Translations under genes and position numbers: made by a program
Part shown: positions 49,101 to 55,166 of the stretch, in pieces
Numbering within the stretch: the first letter of the stretch is position 1
How the letters are laid out: every line of letters begins with the position of its first letter
DNA from: a virus
IMG/VR virus record: IMGVR_UViG_3300025132_000022
Coordinates: 57,519-121,518 of that record
Length of the DNA stretch: 64,000 nt
Strand: one strand, 5' to 3'
The notes under the pieces: generated by a model
What the model was told of the DNA's origin: nothing
The model's database searches: none
What the model saw: the letters and a program-made list of their open reading frames with translations, nothing else

Positions 49101-50652
49101 CCTCTGCTGCTGACAGTTCCTTATCAAAGATGACAACATCTGCCATCCTATCTTCGAATACTCGATTTGCATTACTATCGGCAGCGCCGTCTATGGTAGC
49201 TCCAATAGCAACTGCACTGGGTGAACTTTTCATGCAAACATATCCATTACCATGACCTGCGCCAGAGTTGGTCTCATCTTTTGTTGCAGCGGTTACAGAT
49301 GCATCTGTGTATAGATTTATACCCGAGGCATTGCCAGATCCGTCATAAGTTGCCACAACGTGGTGCCAAGTGTTACTCGTTAAAGTTACGGCGTTTGCTT
49401 GAGCGCGGATTGCGTCACCTGAAAGACTTCCCCCATTATCATAAAGAAACATTCGAATCTTGCCAGACGCTTGTTTAAATAACCATTCAGTCTTTTGAGG
49501 GTTTCCACCGACACCATCAAAATCTGCCTTTGACATAAATGGTCCATTGTCTGACGCAACGTTTCCAACAAACACCCATGCAGATAAAGAGAATGGTTTG
49601 TCTGATGTATCATCAGTGAAACTGTATGCATCTTGGTCACTAACCGTAACGCAGTCATTTGTACCATCAAAACTGATTGCGTTATGCGCAACAACAGGTT
49701 GGCTGTCACTTCCAGCATCTAGGTCGTCCTTGTGCGCAACTAGAGCACCAATCGAACCAACCATTGCAGATCTAAGAACTCCAACCGAACTACCAGTTAG
49801 GGACGTGCTGTGCAATTGCCCATCTACGTAAGACCTTACTAAAACTGAACTTGATAAATTTTGATATGTAAATGAATAATGATGCCACTTGTCATCTGAA
49901 CCACTAGTATAAAGAGAGGGTTCACCAACTCGAACATTCTTAAATCCTGTGGACCCAGACTGGTACGTTAGTAGAAAAGGCGACTTTGACGAATCACTAC
50001 TGTCAAGTTCCACTGTTAGTCGCCCATATTTGTGATCACCTTCAACAGACCCAGTCGTGGTTACATCTAGAATAACCTCTCTTTCTGTCTTAGATGCGCC
50101 TGCAAATGACTGCTTCTTCATCCAAAATTCAACTGTGTTGCCTGTCTGTCCGTTAATTTCTAAGTTAGAAGACCTGCCACTAGATGTGTGAAACACGTTG
50201 CCGACGTTTGGTCCGCCCTTGATGTATACATATTCTTTGGTTGCTGGGTTGCCGTATGCGCCTGAGATGGATGTTTGGGTGCCCCAACTGCCGCCTGTGT
50301 GTCCTGAAAACTTTATATAACCCGTTGTTCTAGGGTATTCATTTTCAAACAGGTGAGTGTCAAACCCGCTCGAATCATTAAAGAATTTTACCTTTTCTCT
50401 TAGAGTTCCGTCGTACGGATAAAGTTGCTGTATTCTTTTTATACCAGCGTCGTAATACTCCTCAAGAGAACCGTACTGTACAAACTCCTCTGGAATAGAA
50501 AAGTCAGTGTGAGATTTTACACTAATCTTATCCTTGAGATATTGCTCAATATATCCAACAGACTCTACGTCATCAAGATACTGCGTAAAACTGCTTTTAG
50601 ATTCGGTTTTTTGAGAACCTTTACCTTTTCCAAATAAACTTCTAAGACTCAT
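37177..50652 (-). CDS. Giant (4491-aa) baseplate/adhesion protein with multiple LamG and jelly-roll domains
   Basis: LamG motifs (TVEFWMK, WHHY, PFSLSAWV, WHHVVATYDG, IDEFRFW, TVSFWMY, WNHV) and a baseplate-wedge-like 'IYKSKGTERSFRNLFRCFG'. It lies downstream of the gp6-like genes. Confidence 0.8.
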   Translation of the reverse strand: MSLRSLFGKGKGSQKTESKSSFTQYLDDVESVGYIEQYLKDKISVKSHTDFSIPEEFVQYGSLEEYYDAGIKRIQQLYPYDGTLREKVKFFNDSSGFDTHLFENEYPRTTGYIKFSGHTGGSWGTQTSISGAYGNPATKEYVYIKGGPNVGNVFHTSSGRSSNLEINGQTGNTVEFWMKKQSFAGASKTEREVILDVTTTGSVEGDHKYGRLTVELDSSDSSKSPFLLTYQSGSTGFKNVRVGEPSLYTSGSDDKWHHYSFTYQNLSSSVLVRSYVDGQLHSTSLTGSSVGVLRSAMVGSIGALVAHKDDLDAGSDSQPVVAHNAISFDGTNDCVTVSDQDAYSFTDDTSDKPFSLSAWVFVGNVASDNGPFMSKADFDGVGGNPQKTEWLFKQASGKIRMFLYDNGGSLSGDAIRAQANAVTLTSNTWHHVVATYDGSGNASGINLYTDASVTAATKDETNSGAGHGNGYVCMKSSPSAVAIGATIDGAADSNANRVFEDRMADVVIFDKELSAAEVTELYNTGKILEMTTFSAYSNIVSWFKMGDADDAAGAGGIKDYVSGYNGTLTNGASIITNSGIKGEVQRLQYPGRGYGKLAGSIDEFRFWKSSRNSKQVGRFYNHQVGAGANENIENASLGVYYKFNEGVTGDTGIDNIVLDYSGRVSNGNWIGYATDARHTGSAITESSASFAEFRDPILYPTHPEVIAFTTSSLEEGYAFDLTNNSSLYYSIPDWIVDDDGLNNGHELRKITQIMASYFDSLFLQIRDMRDVKNKKYLDLKFKPHPFNNVKLESLGLVTPELFLDKDTINIFNDRNEEDKFKEKLHNIKNFIYNNIYNNLTDIYKSKGTERSFRNLFRCFGIDNELIKMNVYSTDSVYPLESSYVPATIKNKYVNFNSDSSKDATVFQTTSIPSTYRQKDTRGYVSGSSNLPAGSTTQAQVFFPARHSIGHRFYFDTPQSSSLFGCHAVRTNAAGQNGTTHAWTRDTDDVANFQVYAVKDRQDSRTAKFVLTSRNNLFEPVETPFIHDLYSSRRWQVAVRTRLRNRDNPDSMAVSGSTNPYFIELSCFSSVNDVVDQQFIISSSMSTATGDDFTQASRRFYVGSHRTDFDGGLLQASDVKISNFRHWITFLTNDELHQHTIDPSSYGVTSPGRDIMPLDNLEGTHLPRIETLAINWNFNDLSGSNPGGKMWITDVSSGSVDSNLYGGPLEETIKYLHPAQGINFGELGTGSVNMEYDSGVKLQPMENIRSGDMVNISGFDDETFTRETKPTDFYFSFEKSMYGVISDEMLNFFAGITDFNNIIGSPVERYRKDYKSLAKLRQLFFDRIGNSPDIERFSDYYKWLDSSLSIMIDQFVPASVVASEDIRNVIESHILERNKFQMKYPSMDFKEPNPVGQIRAINELMYDWQHGHAPIDKGANNHCLWTKERAQRNSDILVSGTLEVDPDREIIRKTANTFVSGSTYAVRKLSRPYRLSVEDQRHAKGGDNTFGNKKKRLFTGVSTAHGISHIAVTGSEASSNPCKDVINPSRKHKVKASADISHSNRDMDVNDIAPFTLYSSSLDPISGYQANLHEKFKKGVDITNLHSDEYGDDREVTLQSPFTERWVGGNAHRHQDLSASLLGNMDAKKDGRSRQEAFRILAQDSKLYVLPPTSMEIDSDNLPVVDHSLQSAQVLRTPLAKRPVNIDNIQSTTSSISLGNFNHMYDIVQYTSEDQRKDFLIDNLEQMTSSVSRGIPGVKEFAKFARPVRKTVFKARFSSPGGPEVAGDSRGGHGLDRETNQYSVYNSLNYRNLTVRQPLNFLNEIPQTGIDPRSPGPFLSINFGNVTTDTLPSGWTSNESDETETLGPRVLHNSSDTSSKILALKGNRDTHVNGVGLGLPLLFARSYFRWVQYDSPIKTPVRIKFQYIIGADDAGLSQNFGLTNNPESNEPLFFQYKVGLSGVYQTALTISHANDAGTHQFHDADVSIAGQTEDIYVRWIAGTFTAGSDLDHYGLRDIKFFHTSLPTNHKVNPNPRHRFAMRSDGPIDGYKGETDVNRDNAFVQHPIPQNDYQYAWITASLNTGRRKVEIAGHLHSFTDASILGATGSLKYERTYPFLSASIGTRGRILPGRERKGQEDYTVTFAGLNMPNSDVNDILDPGTNTTTNTLSGSALLSGSILHRQGPYGYPSWKQLRVGQTQMGRHIARNNIYAPPTSQQEGRITTVRTNTLGNYSWPDSTGHEKVTSVRSRDVSSTDFRFVDPPVSSNKQPIRLLGIVRDSENRPRFASNKFSFQNVIGKFASDDLTDLLKINTADGSKVSIFNNNMLRGFDLSRPRSSMAIYRINIFPKEENTYLERTRERVDFSAKDFWKNRRDERTQTNGVNSQGYTVPKLSVWPLDAPDGFKTVALSKTTDTLGSDGSGELFANYSIFHNNAADPIPSALYARPFPMQATASVPVQGDFQELELAWTIHRKAQFFSDFAVAPYWRNQPVAAAAHNLSHIYAALTMSLPNSNGFGNGFSGVDDEEGYSDYGRVPIGMRNHLNQTAENGSPVTGPRIYNATTNGSNPEDHVAPIALMGAPIAYNTSLDGYDEANDDTYMGSHSHIRYIQTTGALVDASKAVLINFHLRTGNSGSSTDDAFGIREIDSLNSGSYPLYVQLGVSDRDSGDNNWTTVAKILATDEHRRTKGTSGHPIFKYHSVYVTGGLGSAVDVRFVQGAPTNGANEPGWNIYMPTIYHSKKTNPSDEFKLFFNSEQIAIDASRNPTSSFPSAQIFAGNSKSYYATSTNPKHSLLSFGALDHFGDETGENIGVSKISSADFKTYDKIFRQMPKKQLVAIYQKNDKIDHHLYNSQTFKIPDQSRSTPFKFDKFENFSEQSRLIAKNYSIVPEFKISDHMNYYVNEVGGADPFFACNDSFLNITGSKVTEPSNSAEENFYKVYSNSDFLKDFDIVKEQMAEIKGVEPAEFILRCRAYKKFLPYRGFYPADRMVQLATEFSSSYSTHVSGGHWRNALAPYYAPGIGFNTVKSGIAVDYPIIEPQEDRLYNQYGVMFQSASLRGDTGGTEAGSWNYRSGESVQAVKKDKKLSRNRIEIGGGSDWAKLVSGSYAPGGEGVSGKALTVSFWMYLPKTYSTAFSGDMWPGTTIGALRQKGCIASFGNSDDTANAWKKGVHFGYYVGVDSLGGRYDHHRGTVINGTGYTPDRRHTVGFICSGGDGTEYFSISRQSTSGEINQHKAMSPGWNHVLLSLDLDNIGYSNVNSGAGSITGFDAWLNGEKFTAAAVVNASTGFFSYTGVGGRTNTAFPRLDGSRNCFIGGNLGYVNRINTLLSNGTISANSGIGPHGNSRPDLDANDKGYLEDIALNDVDPKDKFHIDGQLDSTEATNIGTTPVAASATVQVTNNGSLSAGNTTITFDATDGTTIVATAHAGTTSATHTDAPTYAIGGSAAVTATNIATCLNANRLLTATVNSTTVTIRQRSFGPSGNGTVTLGGTGAGGLSKTNFVNGAASHIIATEGVSQDLPLDYLKPSEFMLTEMVILNTPGTDAMAKSLSGYVNTTPDFTEGLAKFEGMTGGDNAGTTLQVFKTIGDTLGPRNPYSILGASANNIIGWYRPGQDTGYLDPHPNGLHVFNHAQPLFTGRIINNTTGSAPSYDGFNMPTKYNHLTGTFYGFTQWTGSLANDLRYSNKKRQRYNGIVDVSNPAQYTYKYATETGYSYTGAPTATPVNRRDYKTWYVNIEDGTYFTDPDDYQEKVLHDNNVELSSSYSTCTGSIMIPSFVVGSKFNFTDDASIPRIGSASYGHNHFTGSSDIGTEPIGSHGWGQKMDLQNTGIRSITRVPFEAIIDPAVHTPEMRDENALFYEVEPHPSASILASVTNARRYRGQNDHKQQSFSWVANDSYSANYKTDENFHFGLAKNSGSTLAVFNLSDAKETGKTVYSYAASNFYAECLDFFLANRRGVTITSADTPQFEPEVGKEYKMGIELNAGLRRSFQRDNPMYNNPAAFGIPFDAGKFRNTHPNGTHFSRSADLVGYGFSPYLPPHYDGYARAMLTFTAKDGPAYTTIAEIARDTEIVYYRRVSATGSISSKSSGFVSNESDRFNTVVGSYNRAHAMQLSESFNGLQLKSDNSLVQSYDTDGTVLPDRSSIVIQSKFECPTFDFSRVAYDDIDQPRTSKTIQHLPRVRGVWHQTGSHRTRKRPSVRVIPGNGSSDLSKLLGIDNETQTVGQLADSRTIKEAIVAIPFRTVNGERKFFKLPKDEVYQSVRNLGFKNYQIDTEEGRRSQRDNANILDVEAVRRSGGTLPGPASNDRLPDPPRVVTPRRSIFKMVKSMLEFNIPPQFNFLKYNNPQTKYIEPFAMYLFEFSVTLTRDDLAKIWQNVSPSIGDDTFGGADGSRVLSSNAIFHELGDREDSFLLNNGELDEDVQWIVFKVKQKAQANYFKKKIRDRLPLNHPERALNVENDVFEYGFNWPYDYFSLIELVNISAEVRFRRAELDTEGLRAPRQSRSAIPNISI

Positions 50653-50654
50653 AA

Positions 50655-52970
50655 TTACTCTACTCTAAATTTAAACTCATCTTTGTTAACGATGTTTTGC
50701 TCATAACTATCCGTTGAAATCTCTATCGCGTACATGTAACCAGGTTCAAATAAGGACATATCAAGTTTAAAGTAACTTCCGCTTGAATCATATGACATCT
50801 TACTGTGTGGAATACTACCTGAACCATATGACACAACCTCCTCTTCATCAATAACCCTGAATGCCCGATAATATACATTATACAATACTTCGCTCTCGAT
50901 TTTGCTGGTAGCTACCGTATAAATATTCGGTTGATAATCTTTTTTGCGGACATTGAGTCGCAAAGTGGGATGATCCTTGGTTTTATAGATTGGTTTTAAG
51001 TTTGCAATAGATACAACATACTCTTCATCAGCGTTGTTGTACGGAAGCGGCGTATGTGTTTTAACATAAATCGCAGAACCCGTAAACAACTCATGCTTGC
51101 CCCCATTGTGATTACTGTCCGTGTGAGACCAAACATCATAGACTTTTGTGTGTGATCCTGTAGTTGCCAAAGATGCACTATAAATCCCAGTCTCATGAAG
51201 GTAACATTCCGCAAAGTCTTGGGCGTGACCATCAGCAAAAGTGTTGCTTGGCACTGATACGTTCGCCACGGATGCCATACTTAGCGCTTTGTTGCCTGCG
51301 GTTCCAATGGCGTTCTGGGTGACTGTCACTGTACCGTCGCCGTTATCTACTGCGGTGACTGCTAAACTAGAATTCGCAATAGATTGCTGTATTCTTTCTG
51401 CAATTCCAGAATTATTACCAAGCACAGAAAAGATACCTATAGTGGACGCGGTAGCACTACTTGCTGCAACCGAATTATTTCCTTGTTGAAATGTGAACGT
51501 AACGGAAGCGTCTGCAGAATCGGTCATCGTAAACGTTTCAGCGTTTCCAGGATTACCAGCAACAGTTATTACTGCTTTTGCACGGCCGTCCTGAACGCCG
51601 CCGCCGACTGGTAAAACGATTGCCTTTGATCCAGGAGTTAGATCGGGGTACAACCTAACCCTCATTAATGCCTCGCCTGTAGATTGATCAGCGCCATTGG
51701 GGTCCGTCTTCAGTGCTGGAATGTTTGTCAACCCTCTTCTTGTATAGTTGTACATGTACAAGGTGTTTAGATTCTCAGGACCAGTGGCAAGCGAAGAACT
51801 CTTGTAGAAATTTGCTCTGTCATCTCTAATGTGATCATCATACCTTGCTTCTATGCAAGGTTTCTTGAAGAAAAACTCTGTGCCTCTAGCAAAAAACTTT
51901 TTGGTATAGTAAGATCTCTTTCTTTCTCCATCCTCAAAAGATCCTGACATCTTCACCATGACACCGTAATTTTCTCTATCAGGATCCACAGTTGATTCTG
52001 CTGCAATCCACTCTTCAACTAGAGCGGTAATGTTGAGTTCAATATCCTCCGTGCCGTCGTCAAGATCAACCTTGTAATGAGGCAGGTTTTTGCCTGGTGT
52101 ATATCCAACCTCATGAAAGTCGCCGCCTTGAGTGGTCCATCTAGTCTTTCCGCCTCTCTGCACTCTTGTCAGAGTGAGGTGTGAAGAGTTTGATATACTT
52201 TCTGGAATTATCGATCCAGATGTGCCGCCAACTACAGTGTTCGTAAGTCTTACGGTTGCACCAGTCGCATCTCCTGTGTCTGCCTCCAGAACAGATGCAT
52301 TAAGGTTGACATCCACAAGACCATCGACGGCAGCCTTTAGTCTTAATGCGAAGTTAGCGACTGTATCTGACGGTGCTTGGTCAAGTTGGACCTCAACTTC
52401 GGTGCCGTCCAAATTTGGAGCATTATCGTTCCCATCTGTATCGAACCAGAAATTATATCTTTGCTGCTTCTTGTTGTCGTCTACAACTTGAAGTATGAAA
52501 TATTTATTTTGATAGTTGCCTGGTGTTGCTGTTACGAATTTCACGTCAGTTATATCTGCAACTTTTGTATCGTTTCTGAAAATCCAGTTTGAAACGTCTA
52601 GGTCGGAGTATTCCTCCATATCAAGACCAGGACCTTCGCTCCAAGACTGCGATATAGGAAGAACTGCTAATGTTGAATTCTTTGGAAGAGTTTGTCCATG
52701 CTCTGCATTGTGAAGTCGCAAAACAAATTTAACGCTACCAGAAGCAGGTATGACCGAGTTTGTTCTATCTGCAGCAATTTTTGATATATTAAAGTTCACA
52801 AGTGCTCTAGATTTTTCTATGGAACCAGACGAAGCTTGTCCGAATATGGAAAAAACCTCCAATATGTCAGACCGTCCTGCGTTGGACCCAGTACCCCTGA
52901 CTGTGAGTGTTGAACTAAATGCATTGTTAATAGTGTTGTCTGCGCTCGAAAAGTACCTCTTTATGCTCAT
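50655..52970 (-). CDS. Baseplate-associated structural protein with inserted low-complexity beta modules
   Basis: 771 aa between the gp6-like gene and the giant protein, with motifs 'SRALV.F', 'QSWSEG.G', 'DI.LNIT..VE.W...NYG..V' and 'YDSSGSYF.LDM'. Confidence 0.65.
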   Translation of the reverse strand: MSIKRYFSSADNTINNAFSSTLTVRGTGSNAGRSDILEVFSIFGQASSGSIEKSRALVNFNISKIAADRTNSVIPASGSVKFVLRLHNAEHGQTLPKNSTLAVLPISQSWSEGPGLDMEEYSDLDVSNWIFRNDTKVADITDVKFVTATPGNYQNKYFILQVVDDNKKQQRYNFWFDTDGNDNAPNLDGTEVEVQLDQAPSDTVANFALRLKAAVDGLVDVNLNASVLEADTGDATGATVRLTNTVVGGTSGSIIPESISNSSHLTLTRVQRGGKTRWTTQGGDFHEVGYTPGKNLPHYKVDLDDGTEDIELNITALVEEWIAAESTVDPDRENYGVMVKMSGSFEDGERKRSYYTKKFFARGTEFFFKKPCIEARYDDHIRDDRANFYKSSSLATGPENLNTLYMYNYTRRGLTNIPALKTDPNGADQSTGEALMRVRLYPDLTPGSKAIVLPVGGGVQDGRAKAVITVAGNPGNAETFTMTDSADASVTFTFQQGNNSVAASSATASTIGIFSVLGNNSGIAERIQQSIANSSLAVTAVDNGDGTVTVTQNAIGTAGNKALSMASVANVSVPSNTFADGHAQDFAECYLHETGIYSASLATTGSHTKVYDVWSHTDSNHNGGKHELFTGSAIYVKTHTPLPYNNADEEYVVSIANLKPIYKTKDHPTLRLNVRKKDYQPNIYTVATSKIESEVLYNVYYRAFRVIDEEEVVSYGSGSIPHSKMSYDSSGSYFKLDMSLFEPGYMYAIEISTDSYEQNIVNKDEFKFRVE

Positions 52971-54760
52971 AATACGGTTCCTTGAATATCTGTGTCGGGA
53001 AACTTCAGTTCATAGACGTGATCAAACGGCAATGTTAAAGTTCTACCATCCATGCTAAGTCCCTCCTGTATGTCAAATGCCACTGACGAATATCCATCAC
53101 CAGACACGTTGACAACTTCTACATCCGTTACATCGATAACAAAATCTAAATTGCCAAGAAGTTTGTAAATGTCATTAAGGAAGAGTGCTTCGCCAATTTC
53201 TGGATGGATTCGGAAATATTCTGATATCTCCCTATTGCAGATTGTGATTGCCTCTGATGAATTGTAACTCGCGTCAGTTATCAATTGATAGTTAATGCCT
53301 ATATTTACTATGCTGGCGTCCAGGATGTCAAAAGAGTCTGCCATCATTCTATAGTGTTCTATCCAATGTTTTAAATTATGCTTCTGTGTTTGGTTGCAGT
53401 TCGTCAGGTTTCCCTCTAAATCTTCTGATGTTATGTAGAGGTTGATGTTCCTCTTAAAAGAATCCTTATCAACATCCACTCGGCACCTCTTTATGCCTCC
53501 AAACTTTGCGGGCATACTATACACCATTGACTTATAGTCCTGCATTGTCACCGCCCTGTTCTGTGAAGCAAATTGACTTTTTGCTCTTTCAATTATCTCT
53601 TCAGAGTCTGGTATCTCTAGGTCTCCCAAAATTTGTTCTGGATTAAAAACTTCTATTGATCCTACTACGCCTTGCCTCTTGGATGCTATCAACACCGTCT
53701 CATCTGGAAAGGTAAACACTGGGTCAGATGCAATCGTAACTGTGCCAACGGCCGAATTTGTAACCTCTCTATCGTCCCTCCTCACTCTCACAAGAAGAGT
53801 TGTGTTCGAGGGAGATATTCCCATCTTAGTAGTGGATGTCAGATTCGTTGGATCAAATTCGTTATCTGAAATGTATTGTGTGCCGAACTGGTTAATTACA
53901 ACCTTTGAGGGGTCTTCATATGATCCAGAGGTAATGTTGTCATCGCTTCCCTGTCCAAACTGTATTTCAACGCCGCCTTCAAAAAAGTCAGCAACAAACC
54001 TTCTGGGTACGGATAGGGGTTTTAGTATATTTTTTACAAACTTCATGTCAGCGTTTCTATTGGAAACATCTGTGTATATCACATCTTGAGACAAGTGCTG
54101 CACCTCATAATATCTGTTACCCTCTGCATCAGTGATATCGACGATCTCAGAAGCGTTTTCTACATCAAGAGTAACGCTCTTGAACCTCTCAAAAGAACCA
54201 ACAGGAACTGTCACCTCTTCTACGAAACCAGACTTTATCTGCCCTAGTGCCCTGATTGCAAATTTTGTAGGTGCGCCGCTAGATTCGTCGACCTCCATAA
54301 CAATAGTTGCATTGTCTGGAGAATCAAATATCACATCCTCTATCAAAGTGTAGCGGCCGCCGTCCTCGCTAGAAAAAGCAGATCCCTGCCTCAAGATTGG
54401 CATATAATCATAGTCAGGCGCACCTGTCTGAACATTTGAAGGGACTGTGACATAGAACTCACAAATACCATAGGATGTTATTGATTCGTTGTATTTGTAT
54501 CCCATTGACCTTGCTAACGAAATTACGTTCTGCTTTTCAATTGCTGTATCCAAAAAACTTTCGTTGACCTGGTAGTCTAGATAGTACGACAGCACGTCAC
54601 CAATGTATGCGACCGAGTCCAACAGCAAAGAACCAAAAGACGCTTCGCTAAAATCTTTGTATGTATCTGGGTAATATCTTCTTGCGTGATCGACCAGTCC
54701 TTCCTTTATTGAGTTAAAGTCTCTTGCGGTGTATGAAATTGGTATCTTCTTTTTTGACAT
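52967..54760 (-). CDS. gp6: Baseplate wedge subunit, T4 gp6-like
   Basis: 'Y..RDF..IK..L', 'DFSEAS.G..LLD..AYIGD.LSYY.D...NE.F..TA' and 'QNRAVT..DY'. Confidence 0.9.
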   Translation of the reverse strand: MSKKKIPISYTARDFNSIKEGLVDHARRYYPDTYKDFSEASFGSLLLDSVAYIGDVLSYYLDYQVNESFLDTAIEKQNVISLARSMGYKYNESITSYGICEFYVTVPSNVQTGAPDYDYMPILRQGSAFSSEDGGRYTLIEDVIFDSPDNATIVMEVDESSGAPTKFAIRALGQIKSGFVEEVTVPVGSFERFKSVTLDVENASEIVDITDAEGNRYYEVQHLSQDVIYTDVSNRNADMKFVKNILKPLSVPRRFVADFFEGGVEIQFGQGSDDNITSGSYEDPSKVVINQFGTQYISDNEFDPTNLTSTTKMGISPSNTTLLVRVRRDDREVTNSAVGTVTIASDPVFTFPDETVLIASKRQGVVGSIEVFNPEQILGDLEIPDSEEIIERAKSQFASQNRAVTMQDYKSMVYSMPAKFGGIKRCRVDVDKDSFKRNINLYITSEDLEGNLTNCNQTQKHNLKHWIEHYRMMADSFDILDASIVNIGINYQLITDASYNSSEAITICNREISEYFRIHPEIGEALFLNDIYKLLGNLDFVIDVTDVEVVNVSGDGYSSVAFDIQEGLSMDGRTLTLPFDHVYELKFPDTDIQGTVL

Positions 54761-54775
54761 TAGGAATCCTCTGTA

Positions 54776-54783
54776 TAAATAGT
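54776..54783 (-). promoter_or_regulatory. ACTATTTA(TA) motif (candidate late promoter)
   Basis: About 16 nt upstream of the gp6-like ATG. The + strand here reads TATAAATA (54774-54781). Confidence 0.5.
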
Positions 54784-55166
54784 TAACGAACTGAATTTAG
54801 ATCCAATGATAAATCAAGAACATCATTGGACAAAATTCCACTTATAAAATAAATCATTTTAATATTCAAAACTTGTTCCACCGTATAGACCTCTAACTCT
54901 CTTATGACGACTGAAGGCATGTATGTTGCCAGTTGGGTCACGATCCTGCTTCTTAATTCGGCAATCGACTCGGGAGTGTCGTTTTCAAATAAAAACCTCC
55001 TGATTCCGACGCCAAAATCTGGTATCATGACTCGCTCGCCAGGACTAGTCAGAATTACATTTTTAATATTTTGTTTCGTATTTTCTGCCAAGTTTCGGGT
55101 TAAAGACATTCCGTTTTCTGCCTTTGAAACATTGATTGGTATTTTAGGTCCAAACCCAATACTCAC
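54783..55166 (-). CDS. gp25: Baseplate wedge protein, T4 gp25-like
   Basis: gp25/GPW signature 'QNIKN.ILT.PGERVM.PDFG.GI..FLFE'. Adjacent to the gp6-like gene. Confidence 0.92.
   Translation of the reverse strand: MSIGFGPKIPINVSKAENGMSLTRNLAENTKQNIKNVILTSPGERVMIPDFGVGIRRFLFENDTPESIAELRSRIVTQLATYMPSVVIRELEVYTVEQVLNIKMIYFISGILSNDVLDLSLDLNSVR

Noticed and set aside
54774-54781. Exact T4 late promoter TATAAATA on the + strand
   Set aside because: It points away from all genes, with no credible plus-strand gene downstream. It is interpreted instead as the reverse complement of the sense-strand ACTATTTA motif.
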